Source: Nitrosopumilus sp. (GTDB lineage: Archaea; Thermoproteota; Nitrososphaeria; Nitrososphaerales; Nitrosopumilaceae). Taken from it: a stretch of 64,000 nt of DNA. The stretch is taken from contig OZ252243.1 in the NCBI GenBank assembly GCA_965249555.1, forward strand, positions 576,001-640,000, given 5' to 3'. Positions 29,176-39,942 of this stretch are shown here, piece by piece. The position numbers and the translations under genes are program-made. The notes beneath the pieces were generated by a model. The model did not search any database and had not been told where the DNA came from. It was given only the letters and a program-made list of their open reading frames with translations. Numbering within the stretch: position 1 is the stretch's first letter; every line of letters starts with the position of its first letter.

Positions 29176-30848
29176 ATGTATCCTGCCTCCTGTGCAATTT
29201 TTTTAATTTGTTCTTGTTTGTCTTGTATAACATGCAAACCAATCCATTTATTCACTAAATCAGTTCCGCCCAACTCGTGTGCTCTATCAAGTAAAACATG
29301 TCTTCTAGATTTTAAAACCTCATCTCTAAAGCCTTTAATTGCGGCTCGCACATCTTGTTGTCCAATAATAGCACCACCCCCAACAAAGACACGAGCTCCA
29401 TCTGCAAATATAGAACCAATATTTTCAAGGTTTACCCCTCCATCAGCCTCAATATAGCCTGAGAAATTATGTTCTTTTAAAATAGAATTCAACCTAGCCA
29501 TCTTTGTGTGAGTTTCTTCAATGTATTTTTGACCAGATTTTCCAGGTACTACAGACATTACAATTAGTTGATCAAGTGAAGGCAAGAATTTGTAAGACCA
29601 TTCGGGTAATTCAGTATCAGGATTTATTGCAAAACCCACACCAACTTGATTTTGTTTTAATAAATCATAAATTTCTCCAAAACTAGATTCATCAGTTACT
29701 TCAGCATGAACTGTAATAATGTCACTACCTGCATCAATGTAATCTTTGACATGTTTCACAGGTTCATTGATCATCAAGTGTGAATCAAATGGAATCACAG
29801 TAAGATGTCGTAGTTCTTTGATTTTGGTATGATCAAAAGTTTTGTTTGGAACAAATTGGCCATCCATCACATCAAGATGAATATAATCAGCTCTGCCAGA
29901 AACACATTTTTTAATTTCATTTTCCAGATTTGTCATATCACCTGCAATGATAGATGGTGCAATCATAAACTGTGAATCCAATTCATGATTAATTATAGGA
30001 ACTATATCAGAGTCAGGAGCTTTTCCATGCCATAGTGGATTATCCTCCATATGTTCAACGGATTTACCTTTAATTGTTCTTGATATTATTATGGTAGGTA
30101 TTCCTTTTGTTGCATTTGCTTTTGCAATGGCAGCATTAATTTGTTCTACTCTATGTCCATCAATCTCAATTACATTCCAACCAAAGGATCTCCACTTGTC
30201 ACCAGTCTTCCAACGTGATGCATCTTTCCACATTTCAGAAAGATCATCACCTTCTAATTTTTCATCAAGTGGCATTATTTGTTCAGTATAGGAATCTTGT
30301 TGAATGAAATTTCTATCAAGAAAGGCAGTAAGATTATCAACCTTGTATTTTGCAGCAGTCATAGCAGCCTCCCAAATTTGGCCCTCGTTGGACTCCCCAT
30401 CTCCAATGATAGTATAAACATGATAATCTTTTGAATTAATTTTTGCAGCAAGTGCAACTCCGATAGAATAAGATAATCCTGTACCCAAAGATCCGCCACA
30501 GAATTCCACACCGGGACATTTTAGGTCAGGATGTCCCTGTAATTTACTACCAAATTTTCGCAGAGTTTCAAGTTCAGATTCTGGAAAATATCCTGCAACT
30601 GCCATGTTTGAAAATAAGCCAGGAGCAGCATGACCTTTAGATAAAACTAAACGATCTCGGTCTTCCCATTGAGGATTATTAGGATCAAATTTCAGGTATT
30701 TGTAAAATAAACAACCCAAAATTTCAGCCATAGAGAAAGAACCTCCAGGATGACCAGAACCAGCAAGATTGGTTGCTTTAATCACTAATTTACGGGCTCT
30801 GAGGATATTTTTCTTAATTTGATAATAATTAAGCCCCATCTCGATCAT
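29172..30848 (-). CDS. Transketolase N-terminal subunit fused to ribulose-phosphate 3-epimerase
   Basis: GSGHPGG, LSKGH and GDGE (TPP) motifs, then IAPSI, HLDVMDGQFVPN, DSHLM and ADGG (Rpe). Confidence 0.93.
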   Translation of the reverse strand: MIEMGLNYYQIKKNILRARKLVIKATNLAGSGHPGGSFSMAEILGCLFYKYLKFDPNNPQWEDRDRLVLSKGHAAPGLFSNMAVAGYFPESELETLRKFGSKLQGHPDLKCPGVEFCGGSLGTGLSYSIGVALAAKINSKDYHVYTIIGDGESNEGQIWEAAMTAAKYKVDNLTAFLDRNFIQQDSYTEQIMPLDEKLEGDDLSEMWKDASRWKTGDKWRSFGWNVIEIDGHRVEQINAAIAKANATKGIPTIIISRTIKGKSVEHMEDNPLWHGKAPDSDIVPIINHELDSQFMIAPSIIAGDMTNLENEIKKCVSGRADYIHLDVMDGQFVPNKTFDHTKIKELRHLTVIPFDSHLMINEPVKHVKDYIDAGSDIITVHAEVTDESSFGEIYDLLKQNQVGVGFAINPDTELPEWSYKFLPSLDQLIVMSVVPGKSGQKYIEETHTKMARLNSILKEHNFSGYIEADGGVNLENIGSIFADGARVFVGGGAIIGQQDVRAAIKGFRDEVLKSRRHVLLDRAHELGGTDLVNKWIGLHVIQDKQEQIKKIAQEAGYI

Positions 30849-30915
30849 TATCTTTGTAAATTTAATAAAAATCTATTTCTGAAAAATTTTAATTTGATCG
30901 CCACTATATGGTATT

Positions 30916-31293
30916 ATGGAAATTAAAGAAAATATTCCAATTGTAGTTTTTGACAATCAATGTTACTTGTGTGTAAAATTTGCCAGATTTGTTGATTTTT
31001 TTTCAAGAGGTAAAATGACAATGGTAGGGCACTATTCAGATTTTGGAACAAAGATAAGAAATGAAATTCTAGATGAATCTGCTTTAGAGATGTTTTGGTT
31101 TATTGATAAAAAAAGAGCATATGGCGGAAGAGCAGCATTATTTCCATTAATAAAATCAATGTTTTCTAAAAAAATAAAAAATTCATCAACTATGAAAATT
31201 GATGAAAATTGTAACCAAGACTGCAAAACCGTTAAAGCGGTTTTTTTGAGATCATCAAGTCTGCTCACAAATAGCAGAAAAATAGATCTCTAG
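30916..31293 (+). CDS. DCC1-like thiol-disulfide oxidoreductase (DUF393)
   Basis: FDNQCYLC (DxxCxxC) motif. Confidence 0.8.
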   Translation: MEIKENIPIVVFDNQCYLCVKFARFVDFFSRGKMTMVGHYSDFGTKIRNEILDESALEMFWFIDKKRAYGGRAALFPLIKSMFSKKIKNSSTMKIDENCNQDCKTVKAVFLRSSSLLTNSRKIDL

Positions 31294-31325
31294 TAAATCT
31301 AAATAATACTTCAAAACTCAAACAC

Positions 31326-32801
31326 ATGATGAAGATAAAAACTGAAAGTTCTACAAAAAAGAAAACACAACTTCTTTGTGGTTTTGTATTAGAAAATTCA
31401 AACAAGGTTCTAGGGTTGGGAAAATTTGACGCTAAAACATCCTCAGCAATCAATCAATCTCTAAATGACATGCAAGGAAAATTAGGAAGATTAAACATTA
31501 TTCCAGTACCAGGAAAAAAACCTGCACAAAGAATTCTACTTGCAGGATTAGGAAAAAAAGAAAACATAACAAAAGACACTATCAGATTAGTTTCTGGTAA
31601 AATTGCACAAAAAGCAAGAGAGTTAAAACTTGAAGAATTTTCAATAATAACACCTCCAAGTTTTGTAACTGATCAAATTTCATCAGTTTCACAGATTGTT
31701 GAAGGATCAAAAATGGCTCTTTACAAATTTGACAAATTCAAGGCAGAAAAAGCTGATAATTCACCAGATCTAACTATCATAGTTTCAAAATCAAACAAAA
31801 CATCACAAGCAATCAAAACGGCTGTAATTATTGCAGATGGTGCCATATTTACAAAAAGTATTGCCAATTTACCTCCAAACGAATGTACCCCAAGTACATT
31901 AGCAAATTTTGCAAAAATGATTTCAAAAAAGAACAAGATGAAATGCAGTATAATTTCTAACCCTGAATTAAAAAAGAAAGGTTTTGGCGGAATTACAGCA
32001 GTAGGACAAGGAAGTAAAAATGAGCCTAAACTAATTGTTTTAGAACATAATCGTGGAACAAGAAATGAAAAACCAATTGTTCTAGTTGGTAAAGCAGTAA
32101 CATTTGACACAGGAGGAATTTCGTTAAAGCCTGGTGATAAAATGGATCAGATGAAGTTTGACAAATGTGGAGGCTGTACAGTTCTTGGAATAATGAAAGC
32201 AGTTTCAGAATTAAAACTACCAATCAATGTTGTTGGAATTGTTCCATCAGTTGAAAATATGCCTAGTGGAGAAGCATACAGACCAGGAGATATCATAAAG
32301 TTGTATAGTGGAAAAACTGCAGAGATTCTCAACACAGATGCTGAGGGCAGATTAATTTTAGCAGATGCATTATCATATGGAGAAAAACATTATTCACCAA
32401 AAGCAATTATTGATTTTGCAACTCTAACTGGAGCATGCATTATAGCATTAGGTACCAATGTAGCAGGAATTGTATCAAACAATGAAAAACTAACAAAGAA
32501 AATTAATGAATCTTCTAAAAGAACAATGGAAGAAGTTTGGGAGCTTCCATTAAATCAGGACTATATGGATATGATAAAATCAGAAGTTGCAGATATGAAA
32601 AATATTGGGACAGGCAGAGCCGCTGGAACTATCACTGCTGCAGCATTTTTGAGAAGTGCAATTGAAAATACTCCATGGACTCATATTGATATTGCAGGAG
32701 TTGCATGGACACAAATAGCTACGAAAGAAAAATCATACAATCCAAAGGGTGCGACAGGTTTTGGCGTAAGGTTGATTCTAGATTATTTACAAAATCTATA
32801 G
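31326..32801 (+). CDS. pepA: Leucyl aminopeptidase (M17)
   Basis: GKAVTFDTGGISLK, NTDAEGRL, ATLTGA and HIDIAG motifs. Confidence 0.96.
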   Translation: MMKIKTESSTKKKTQLLCGFVLENSNKVLGLGKFDAKTSSAINQSLNDMQGKLGRLNIIPVPGKKPAQRILLAGLGKKENITKDTIRLVSGKIAQKARELKLEEFSIITPPSFVTDQISSVSQIVEGSKMALYKFDKFKAEKADNSPDLTIIVSKSNKTSQAIKTAVIIADGAIFTKSIANLPPNECTPSTLANFAKMISKKNKMKCSIISNPELKKKGFGGITAVGQGSKNEPKLIVLEHNRGTRNEKPIVLVGKAVTFDTGGISLKPGDKMDQMKFDKCGGCTVLGIMKAVSELKLPINVVGIVPSVENMPSGEAYRPGDIIKLYSGKTAEILNTDAEGRLILADALSYGEKHYSPKAIIDFATLTGACIIALGTNVAGIVSNNEKLTKKINESSKRTMEEVWELPLNQDYMDMIKSEVADMKNIGTGRAAGTITAAAFLRSAIENTPWTHIDIAGVAWTQIATKEKSYNPKGATGFGVRLILDYLQNL

Positions 32802-32803
32802 AA

Positions 32804-32932
32804 CTAATAGCCTCTACTATTTCTATCAGGTGTACCAACATTTGGATTTCTAAAACCATGTTTTTCCATCATATGGTTAAGAAATCGGATATCATCAGAA
32901 AATGACTCACCACATACGGTACAATTTTGCAT
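32804..32932 (-). CDS. 42-aa C2H2 zinc-finger microprotein
   Basis: Manual translation MQNCTVCGESFSDDIRFLNHMMEKHGFRNPNVGTPDRNSRGY*, with canonical CxxC-x3-F-x8-H-x4-H spacing. Confidence 0.65.
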   Translation of the reverse strand: MQNCTVCGESFSDDIRFLNHMMEKHGFRNPNVGTPDRNSRGY

Positions 32933-32989
32933 TGAAATCACAATCAAAGCAATTAATTCAATATTAAAAGATTGATTGAAAATTAGAAA

Positions 32990-33106
32990 ATGCCAGCACT
33001 GTTGCTTCCCAAGAGCTCTCGCATCTTAGTAGCACAACAGCGACGTCAGGTTTGACTTCCAAGTTCGGAACGGGATTGGGTCGCACCCTAACGCTATGGC
33101 CGGCTT
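32990..33106 (-). rRNA. rrf: 5S rRNA (stand-alone)
   Basis: Reverse complement GCCGGCCATAGCG...CCCGTTCCGAAC..GGAAGTCAAACC...GGGAAGC..GTGCTGGC. Ends are approximate. Confidence 0.93.
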
Positions 33107-33200
33107 GAAAAATGTTGTCAGATTCTCATCTATTAACGTAACGCCAGATTTCAAATGTGCTCAAAATAGGTATAAAACAAAGAAAATACAGAGTTACAGC

Positions 33201-34988
33201 ATGACACACAGGGTTGCTGTTTTAGATCAAGATCTATGTCAGCCAAAAAAATGTGGTTTAGAGTGCATAAAATACTGCCCAATTAACAAATCAGGAGCAG
33301 ATTGTATTGTTATTAGTGAGACATCAAAAAAAGCTCAGATCGATGAAGACATTTGTAATGGTTGTGGAATATGTGTCAAAGTATGTCCATTTGATGCAAT
33401 AACTATTGTAAATCTAGCAAGTGAGTTAGCTACAGATAAAATTCATCAATACGGTCCAAACTCATTTCGACTATTCAAACTACCCACTCCAAAGAAAGGA
33501 GAAGTTGTTGGATTATTAGGAAGAAATGGGATGGGGAAAAGTACTGTAGTTAACATACTATCAGGAAATCTAAAACCAAATCTTGGGAGATATGAAAATC
33601 CACCGGAATGGGATGAGATTTTAAAATATTATAGTGGAACCGAACTTAAACAACATTTTGAAAAAATTGAACGAAAAGAAATTCGTGCATCAATAAAACC
33701 TCAACAAGTTCATCATATAGCACAAGCATTTGATGGAACAGGAAAAGAACTCATTGACAAATATGATGAAAGATGTGTATCTAGAGAGTTGATCAAAGAA
33801 TTAGGATTGGAGAATTCTATGGAGCAGAATTTAAAGGAACTCAGTGGTGGTGAACTACAGAGATTAGCAGTAGCTACTGCTGCATCAAAAGATACAGAGT
33901 TTTACTTTTTTGATGAACCATCATCATACAATGATGTTTTTCAAAGAATTGGAGTTGCTCGAGTAATACAGAATTTAGCAAGAATTGGAAAAAGTGTAAT
34001 GGTAGTTGAACATGATTTAACATTGTTAGATTTTCTTAGTGATTATATCGAAGTGTTATATGGTGAACCCGCTGCATACGGAATAGTTTCAAGTGTTTTA
34101 TCTACCAAAGTAGGAATCAATGTTTTTCTTGATGGGTATTTACCAACAGAAAATGTCAGATTTAGAGATAAGAAATTTTCTTTTGATGTATCATCATCAA
34201 CTACTGATGTGTTTCAAGAGGGAAGTGATGTTATCACTTACCCAAAACTTGAGAAAAAATATCATTCATTTTCAGTAACAATTGAGCCTGGTCGAGTAAG
34301 AAAAGGTGAAGTTTTAGGAATTATGGGAGCAAATGCACTTGGAAAAACAACTATGATGAAAATGATTGCTGGAGTTGAAAAGCCAGATTCTGGCAGTATT
34401 GACAAGAAAATAAAGATAGCATACAAACCACAATATCTTCAAAATGATATGGATGTAGAAGTTATAGCATTATTAGATAAAGCAAATGGTAGTCCAATTG
34501 AAGGTAGTCTTGAAGAAGAGCAAATAGTTGAACCGCTAAAAATTAAAAAACTATACAATAAATCAATCAGGAATCTTTCTGGAGGAGAATTACAAAAAGT
34601 TGCAGTTGTATCATGTCTGTTACAAAAAGTAGATCTTTATGCATTAGATGAGCCATCAGCATTTTTAGATGTAGAGGATAGGATTGCAGTAGCAAAATTT
34701 TTACAAAAATTTGTTCGCTCTTTTGGAAAATCAGCAATCGTAATTGATCACGATTTGCAGTTGATGGATCTGGTTTCTGACACAATGATAATCTTTGAGG
34801 GTGAATCAGGAATATCTGGTCAGGCTACAGCCCCAATGCCAAAAGCAGATGCTATGAATAGATTTCTAAAATCACTTGATATGTCCTTTAGAAGGGATGA
34901 AAGAAGTCTCAGACCACGTGTAAACAAACTAGAAAGCAGATTAGACAAAGATCAGAAATCATCTGGAAATTACTATTACAAGAATTGA
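33201..34988 (+). CDS. rli1: Ribosome recycling ATPase ABCE1/Rli1
   Basis: N-terminal Fe-S Cys clusters and two ABC cassettes (LSGGELQ twice). Start ATG 33201. Confidence 0.96.
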   Translation: MTHRVAVLDQDLCQPKKCGLECIKYCPINKSGADCIVISETSKKAQIDEDICNGCGICVKVCPFDAITIVNLASELATDKIHQYGPNSFRLFKLPTPKKGEVVGLLGRNGMGKSTVVNILSGNLKPNLGRYENPPEWDEILKYYSGTELKQHFEKIERKEIRASIKPQQVHHIAQAFDGTGKELIDKYDERCVSRELIKELGLENSMEQNLKELSGGELQRLAVATAASKDTEFYFFDEPSSYNDVFQRIGVARVIQNLARIGKSVMVVEHDLTLLDFLSDYIEVLYGEPAAYGIVSSVLSTKVGINVFLDGYLPTENVRFRDKKFSFDVSSSTTDVFQEGSDVITYPKLEKKYHSFSVTIEPGRVRKGEVLGIMGANALGKTTMMKMIAGVEKPDSGSIDKKIKIAYKPQYLQNDMDVEVIALLDKANGSPIEGSLEEEQIVEPLKIKKLYNKSIRNLSGGELQKVAVVSCLLQKVDLYALDEPSAFLDVEDRIAVAKFLQKFVRSFGKSAIVIDHDLQLMDLVSDTMIIFEGESGISGQATAPMPKADAMNRFLKSLDMSFRRDERSLRPRVNKLESRLDKDQKSSGNYYYKN

Positions 34989-35821
34989 CTCGAATGCTAA
35001 AAAAAGCACTAGAGAATGCTCTAACATCAGAAGAAAGTGATGAATTAATCTCAGCCTTTGATCAGATTGGAGATATAATTATTGTAAGAATTCCTGATTC
35101 TCTATTATCAAAGAAAAAAATCATTGGTGAAACTTTGCTAAATGAGGTAAAAGTTGCTAGAAGTGTTTTTTATCAGGCATCAGATGTAGAAGGAGATTTT
35201 CGTACACGTAACCTAGAGATCCTTGCAGGCGAAGAAAATACTGAAACAGAATATAAGGAATTTGGCTGTAAATTTGTAGTAGATGTTGAAAATGCATTTT
35301 TTTCACCTAGACTTTCGACAGAAAGGGAGAGAATTGCAAATTTAGTTCAGGATGGAGAGGAAATTACCAACATGTTTGCAGGAGTAGGGATGTTTTCCAT
35401 AATGGCTGCAAAAAAGAAAAAATGTACTGTTTACAGTATTGACATCAATCCAGTTGCATCAAAGTTGTGTGAAAAAAATATTGAATTAAACAAACTTGTT
35501 GGAAAAGTAATTTCAATTAATGGCGATGCATCAGAAATTATCAAAGAACAGCTAGTTAACAAATCTGATAGGACATTGATGTTGTTGCCTGAAAGATCTG
35601 ATGAGTTTTTAGAATCTGCAATAAATACAACCAAAAATGGAGGCGTTATCCATTACTATTCACATATCCACGCAGACAAAAAATCAGAAGCAGGAAAACT
35701 CTCAGAAGAGCATTACCTTCAAGTTACACCAGTACAATCAGAAATTCTAGGTTCAAAAATTGTCAGAGCAGTGGGTCCCAGATATTATCAGACAGTAGTA
35801 GATGTAAAAATTTCAAAATAG
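34985..35821 (+). CDS. Trm5/Tyw2 (Met-10+) family tRNA methyltransferase
   Basis: FFSPRLSTERERI, MFAGVG, DINP and IHYY motifs. Confidence 0.88.
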   Translation: MTRMLKKALENALTSEESDELISAFDQIGDIIIVRIPDSLLSKKKIIGETLLNEVKVARSVFYQASDVEGDFRTRNLEILAGEENTETEYKEFGCKFVVDVENAFFSPRLSTERERIANLVQDGEEITNMFAGVGMFSIMAAKKKKCTVYSIDINPVASKLCEKNIELNKLVGKVISINGDASEIIKEQLVNKSDRTLMLLPERSDEFLESAINTTKNGGVIHYYSHIHADKKSEAGKLSEEHYLQVTPVQSEILGSKIVRAVGPRYYQTVVDVKISK

Positions 35822-35822
35822 A

Positions 35823-36041
35823 CTAATCATCAGATGTAATTGATGCAGACGATGATTTTGTTGTTGCCATCACATATCCAATCCATGCAACTACTGCAAG
35901 AATTGCACCTGCAAGCATCAATACAGATAATTGTAATACAATGGGACTCCATTCAGAGAGCATCAACAAGTATGCATAAAGAAAGAATCCGCCTATGCAA
36001 AGAATGAAAATGGTGATGCCGGTCCCTTTACGTTTGTCCAT
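35823..36041 (-). CDS. Small two-TM membrane protein
   Basis: Two hydrophobic helices; WIGYVMATT motif. Confidence 0.75.
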   Translation of the reverse strand: MDKRKGTGITIFILCIGGFFLYAYLLMLSEWSPIVLQLSVLMLAGAILAVVAWIGYVMATTKSSSASITSDD

Positions 36042-36078
36042 TACGAAGAATTTTTTGTGAGTTATTTATTGGTTTGAA

Positions 36079-36576
36079 CTAGTTCAATTCTATGGCCATT
36101 AGATATGCATCTTCACCATCTCTATAGTAGGCATTGAGTTGTTGTCTAATAACAAAACCAAGTTTTTCATATAGCCTTACAGCATCATTATTACTACATC
36201 TGACTTCCAGGTGAAATTCATCACAATTTTTTAATTTAATGCCCTTTACTGATTCTTCAACAAGTACATTTCCTATTCCTTTCTTTCTATAATCATCAAG
36301 AACTGCAATAGACACTACATGACCTTTTTTTACAAATCCCAATTTCTTAAAATTTGAAAAACCATATTCAGTTTTACACATGATATAACCAACATGTTTT
36401 ACTCCAATTTCTGCAACAATAAATGCCTCAGGAATTTCTGCAAGTAAACTCTCATAGAAATAATCAGAATAGTGTTCAGGGAGAGTTTTCAAATTAATTT
36501 CCATTACAGGGATTAGATCGCTTGGTTCTGCTCGTCTAATATTGCAATCACCTAATTGTCTTAGAATTACTTGCAT
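36079..36576 (-). CDS. rimI: N-terminal acetyltransferase (RimI/Ard1)
   Basis: LPEHY, GHVVSIAV, LEVRCSN and YYRDGEDAYLM motifs. Confidence 0.93.
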   Translation of the reverse strand: MQVILRQLGDCNIRRAEPSDLIPVMEINLKTLPEHYSDYFYESLLAEIPEAFIVAEIGVKHVGYIMCKTEYGFSNFKKLGFVKKGHVVSIAVLDDYRKKGIGNVLVEESVKGIKLKNCDEFHLEVRCSNNDAVRLYEKLGFVIRQQLNAYYRDGEDAYLMAIELN

Positions 36577-36650
36577 GTTTTAGGATATTTGTATCAATAT
36601 TTAATTTTAAACCAGAAAGCCATTTAATAGAAAGATTTAGTCTTAAACAG

Positions 36651-37742
36651 ATGGAAGAGAATTCACAAGAAGAGGTTATTTCATTCGTAAATTCCATATT
36701 TGAGGTCAGTGATTTTGTTAAAGCGGAATTTTCATTAGAATTTAGAATTGAAGATTTAGAATTCAAATCAAAGTTTGAGGATTTGGCAAGAAAATTAGAG
36801 AATCGGAGTTATATCTGCAAATTAGAAGAAGTGAATGGTTCAAAACATATCATCATTCAAAAATTCACTCCAAAAAAACAGAGAAAATGGCTGAATACAT
36901 CATGGACTCCTCGAATTTTGTTTGCAATTGTCATTTCATTTGTTATGATTGATGGTTACTATAGAACATCTGGAACAAATTCAATTGTAGAAATTGGGGA
37001 TCCGCTAGTGATTGCAGGAGTCTATACATTATCATTGTTAGGAATTTTAGGAGTTCATGAACTGGGTCACATTCTTGCATCCAGAGCACACAAACTAAAA
37101 ACAACTTGGCCTTATTTTATTCCAGGATTACCTATAATTGGAATTCCCACATTTGGTGCATTTATCCAAGCAAAAGGATTAACGATTAATCGAGAAATTT
37201 TATTTGATGTTGCTATTGCAGGGCCTATTGCAGGACTTGTAATTGCAATAATAGTTTCAATATATGCAGCATATACTGCGCCAATTTTAGATCCAGAGAT
37301 TGCTGCAGGATTATTTGCTGAATTTAAATTAATTGAATGGGATATGGGAGAGCCATTGTTAATGACTGCTAGTTTGGCAATGTTCGGTAAGGGAGGAGAG
37401 GGACATGAAGTAATTATGACTCCCTTAATGTTTGCAGCATGGATTGGATTTTTAATTACATTTCTAAATTTATTGCCAGCATGGCAATTAGACGGAGGAC
37501 ATATGGCACGAACATTACTTAGTCCAAAAATGCACAAATATGCAACTTATGGAAGTATGATAATTCTTGTTTTGTTAAATTATTGGATAATGGCAATATT
37601 GATTCTTGTAATGAGTTCAAGAACCCCTAGTGCGTCTCCACTGGATAATGTTTCACCACTTTCAAGAAACAGAAAACTTGCATACGTTGGAATTATAGTA
37701 CTAGCAGTTTTATGCGCACCATTACCATCAGGTCTTTTGTAA
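36651..37742 (+). CDS. M50 site-2 protease family
   Basis: HELGH, AGP and NLLPAWQLDGGH motifs. Confidence 0.93.
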   Translation: MEENSQEEVISFVNSIFEVSDFVKAEFSLEFRIEDLEFKSKFEDLARKLENRSYICKLEEVNGSKHIIIQKFTPKKQRKWLNTSWTPRILFAIVISFVMIDGYYRTSGTNSIVEIGDPLVIAGVYTLSLLGILGVHELGHILASRAHKLKTTWPYFIPGLPIIGIPTFGAFIQAKGLTINREILFDVAIAGPIAGLVIAIIVSIYAAYTAPILDPEIAAGLFAEFKLIEWDMGEPLLMTASLAMFGKGGEGHEVIMTPLMFAAWIGFLITFLNLLPAWQLDGGHMARTLLSPKMHKYATYGSMIILVLLNYWIMAILILVMSSRTPSASPLDNVSPLSRNRKLAYVGIIVLAVLCAPLPSGLL

Positions 37743-37748
37743 ATTATT

Positions 37749-38831
37749 TTATCTTAACAAAAGTCTAGCGCCATCTGCAACTACTGCAACTTTTTGTTTT
37801 GCACCTTGTGTTTTGAGGATATAGTCTAGCGAGTATTTTATGCCTTGCAAAGAAATCATGTCAAGTTTCTTTGCATAAAACTCTGGAAGAATTGAAACTA
37901 GACCAATTTGAAAATTCTTTTGAACTTCTGAAAGAAACAACAAATCCTCCATTCCACTAATGTATTTAGTAGGATTTTGAAGTTGTTCCAAAGTTAATCT
38001 ATCTTCAATGTATTGCTGAATTGCATCAGAGCCTAAACCACCCTTACATTCAGCCACTAAAATAGCAAGACCATCCTTTTTGATTGCGTTTGAGCAATTC
38101 CAAAGTGAAGAGAGAGATTTTCCCAGACTGTCATTACTTGCATCTTTACCAGTACTAATTACCATTGTTTTATGTTGACCTATTTCTTTGATTGAATGTG
38201 ATTCCATAATTTTGGTTGCAGAAAGAGTTTCTGAGGGATGGCCTATGGAAAAATCAATTATGCCTTTAGAATTTGCAACTATTTCAATTCCTTGAATTTC
38301 AAAATTATTGGTAAATTTTTTTGCCTCTTCCAAACTTTCAGGATATTGCCCAGGGGTTGGAAGATTTCCTTGCCTTTTTGCATATGCTGAAAGCATTGAT
38401 TCTAGACCAAATTTTTTGATAAGACGAGTAGAAATGGTTTCATAGCCAAATAGACCATCAAATTCCATTTCAGCCATGAAGACAAGATTGGAATTTGAAA
38501 TCTCAACATCATCGAATTCATTAATTGAACTTCCTTCAGGTAATCCTGCTTTGACTAAATTTAGGATTTTTTTGTCAGTTAGAATTTTTGGAAAAGGTTT
38601 TGATTTTTGCTCACACAAAGTAAACAATGATGAAATAATTTTTTGAATGGATTTTGAATTATGTAAAACTACAAGTTCCATTGGTTTTGATAAATCAAGT
38701 GAATTGAGTTTTTCATTAATCACTGAATCCTCCAAAATTTCACCTTCAGAATCAATTTTTTGCCCTAAATTCTCTGCTCTTATATCCAAAACAACGTCTG
38801 TAATACCATAATTCAACCAGATTTCAGGCAT
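37749..38831 (-). CDS. LarA (lactate racemase)-like domain protein
   Basis: N-terminal IWLNYG and ILVAECKGGLGS resemble the LarA fold; degenerate. Confidence 0.55.
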   Translation of the reverse strand: MPEIWLNYGITDVVLDIRAENLGQKIDSEGEILEDSVINEKLNSLDLSKPMELVVLHNSKSIQKIISSLFTLCEQKSKPFPKILTDKKILNLVKAGLPEGSSINEFDDVEISNSNLVFMAEMEFDGLFGYETISTRLIKKFGLESMLSAYAKRQGNLPTPGQYPESLEEAKKFTNNFEIQGIEIVANSKGIIDFSIGHPSETLSATKIMESHSIKEIGQHKTMVISTGKDASNDSLGKSLSSLWNCSNAIKKDGLAILVAECKGGLGSDAIQQYIEDRLTLEQLQNPTKYISGMEDLLFLSEVQKNFQIGLVSILPEFYAKKLDMISLQGIKYSLDYILKTQGAKQKVAVVADGARLLLR

Positions 38832-38881
38832 AATTCATACACAATACAAACCAAAATAAATCCAGTGTAGTTAATTTTGGT

Positions 38882-39487
38882 ATGGACTTTGTTAAAGAGT
38901 TTGCAACATTTTTGCATCAAAATGGCATTATAAAGTTTGGAGACTTTACACTTGCTAGTGGAAAAAAGAGTTCATACTATGTAGATTTGAAGCTAGTTCC
39001 AAGCTATCCTCATGAATTTAGAAAAATGGTAAAATATCTTGAAAATGAGATTGCAGAAAATATTGGATTAGACAATTTTGATTCTATTGTTTCAGTACCA
39101 ACAGGTGGTTTGGTAATTGCATCAGCATTAGCTATAGAAACAGTAAAGCCACTAATCTATGTAAGAAGTAAACCAAAAGATCATGGGACTTCAAAATCAG
39201 TTGAAGGAAAAATTCATGAAGGAATGAAAGTGATCATGATTGATGATGTTGCAACTACTGGTGGTTCAGTTGCAAATGCAATAAAATCACTAAAAGAAGT
39301 CAATATTTCCGTAAAAGATGCATATGTAATTGTGAATAGAATGGAGGGAGCAGATGAGGCCTTATCTGAATTAGGGGTAACGATGCATTCAATTCTGAAT
39401 ATTTTGCAAATTACAGAAGAATTGTATGAACAAAATCTTGTAGATGAGAGTATTTTAGAAAAAGTGAGAAATCAGATCAGTAAATGA
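38882..39487 (+). CDS. pyrE: Orotate phosphoribosyltransferase
   Basis: FTLASGKKSSYYVD, KDHGT and IDDVATTGGS motifs. Confidence 0.96.
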   Translation: MDFVKEFATFLHQNGIIKFGDFTLASGKKSSYYVDLKLVPSYPHEFRKMVKYLENEIAENIGLDNFDSIVSVPTGGLVIASALAIETVKPLIYVRSKPKDHGTSKSVEGKIHEGMKVIMIDDVATTGGSVANAIKSLKEVNISVKDAYVIVNRMEGADEALSELGVTMHSILNILQITEELYEQNLVDESILEKVRNQISK

Positions 39488-39942
39488 GTTTTGGCAGCTC
39501 AGACAAATGCCTTCCAATCATCGTTCAGATATAACTCTGATTCTTCATTGCAGCCAGTAAATTTTGGATTCGCTTGTTTTAAAACTAATGGAAATTATAT
39601 GGGCCCGAAGGGCTTTAGGACATTTTAACTGTTATTTTAGACCCATAAAATTATGAATTATTATAATTTTAGAAATATCTGTATTACAGCAAGTTGAGTA
39701 CTAATTGAGCATGAATATTTAACATAGTTTAATTTTTGTTAATTGTGTCTAGTCAAGTTGATGACAGTTCAATCTGGAAATCAAGTGCATGATGTACAGA
39801 AAAAAAATCCATAGATATTGATATTCCTAAAGGACAAACACTAAAAGAATAAGAGATAGTTTCAACTTTTAGTGAGTATTTTAAAAATGCAGATGAATTT
39901 GTAAATGATTATCCAAATTATCTCTGTAGGCAACATTCAGAC

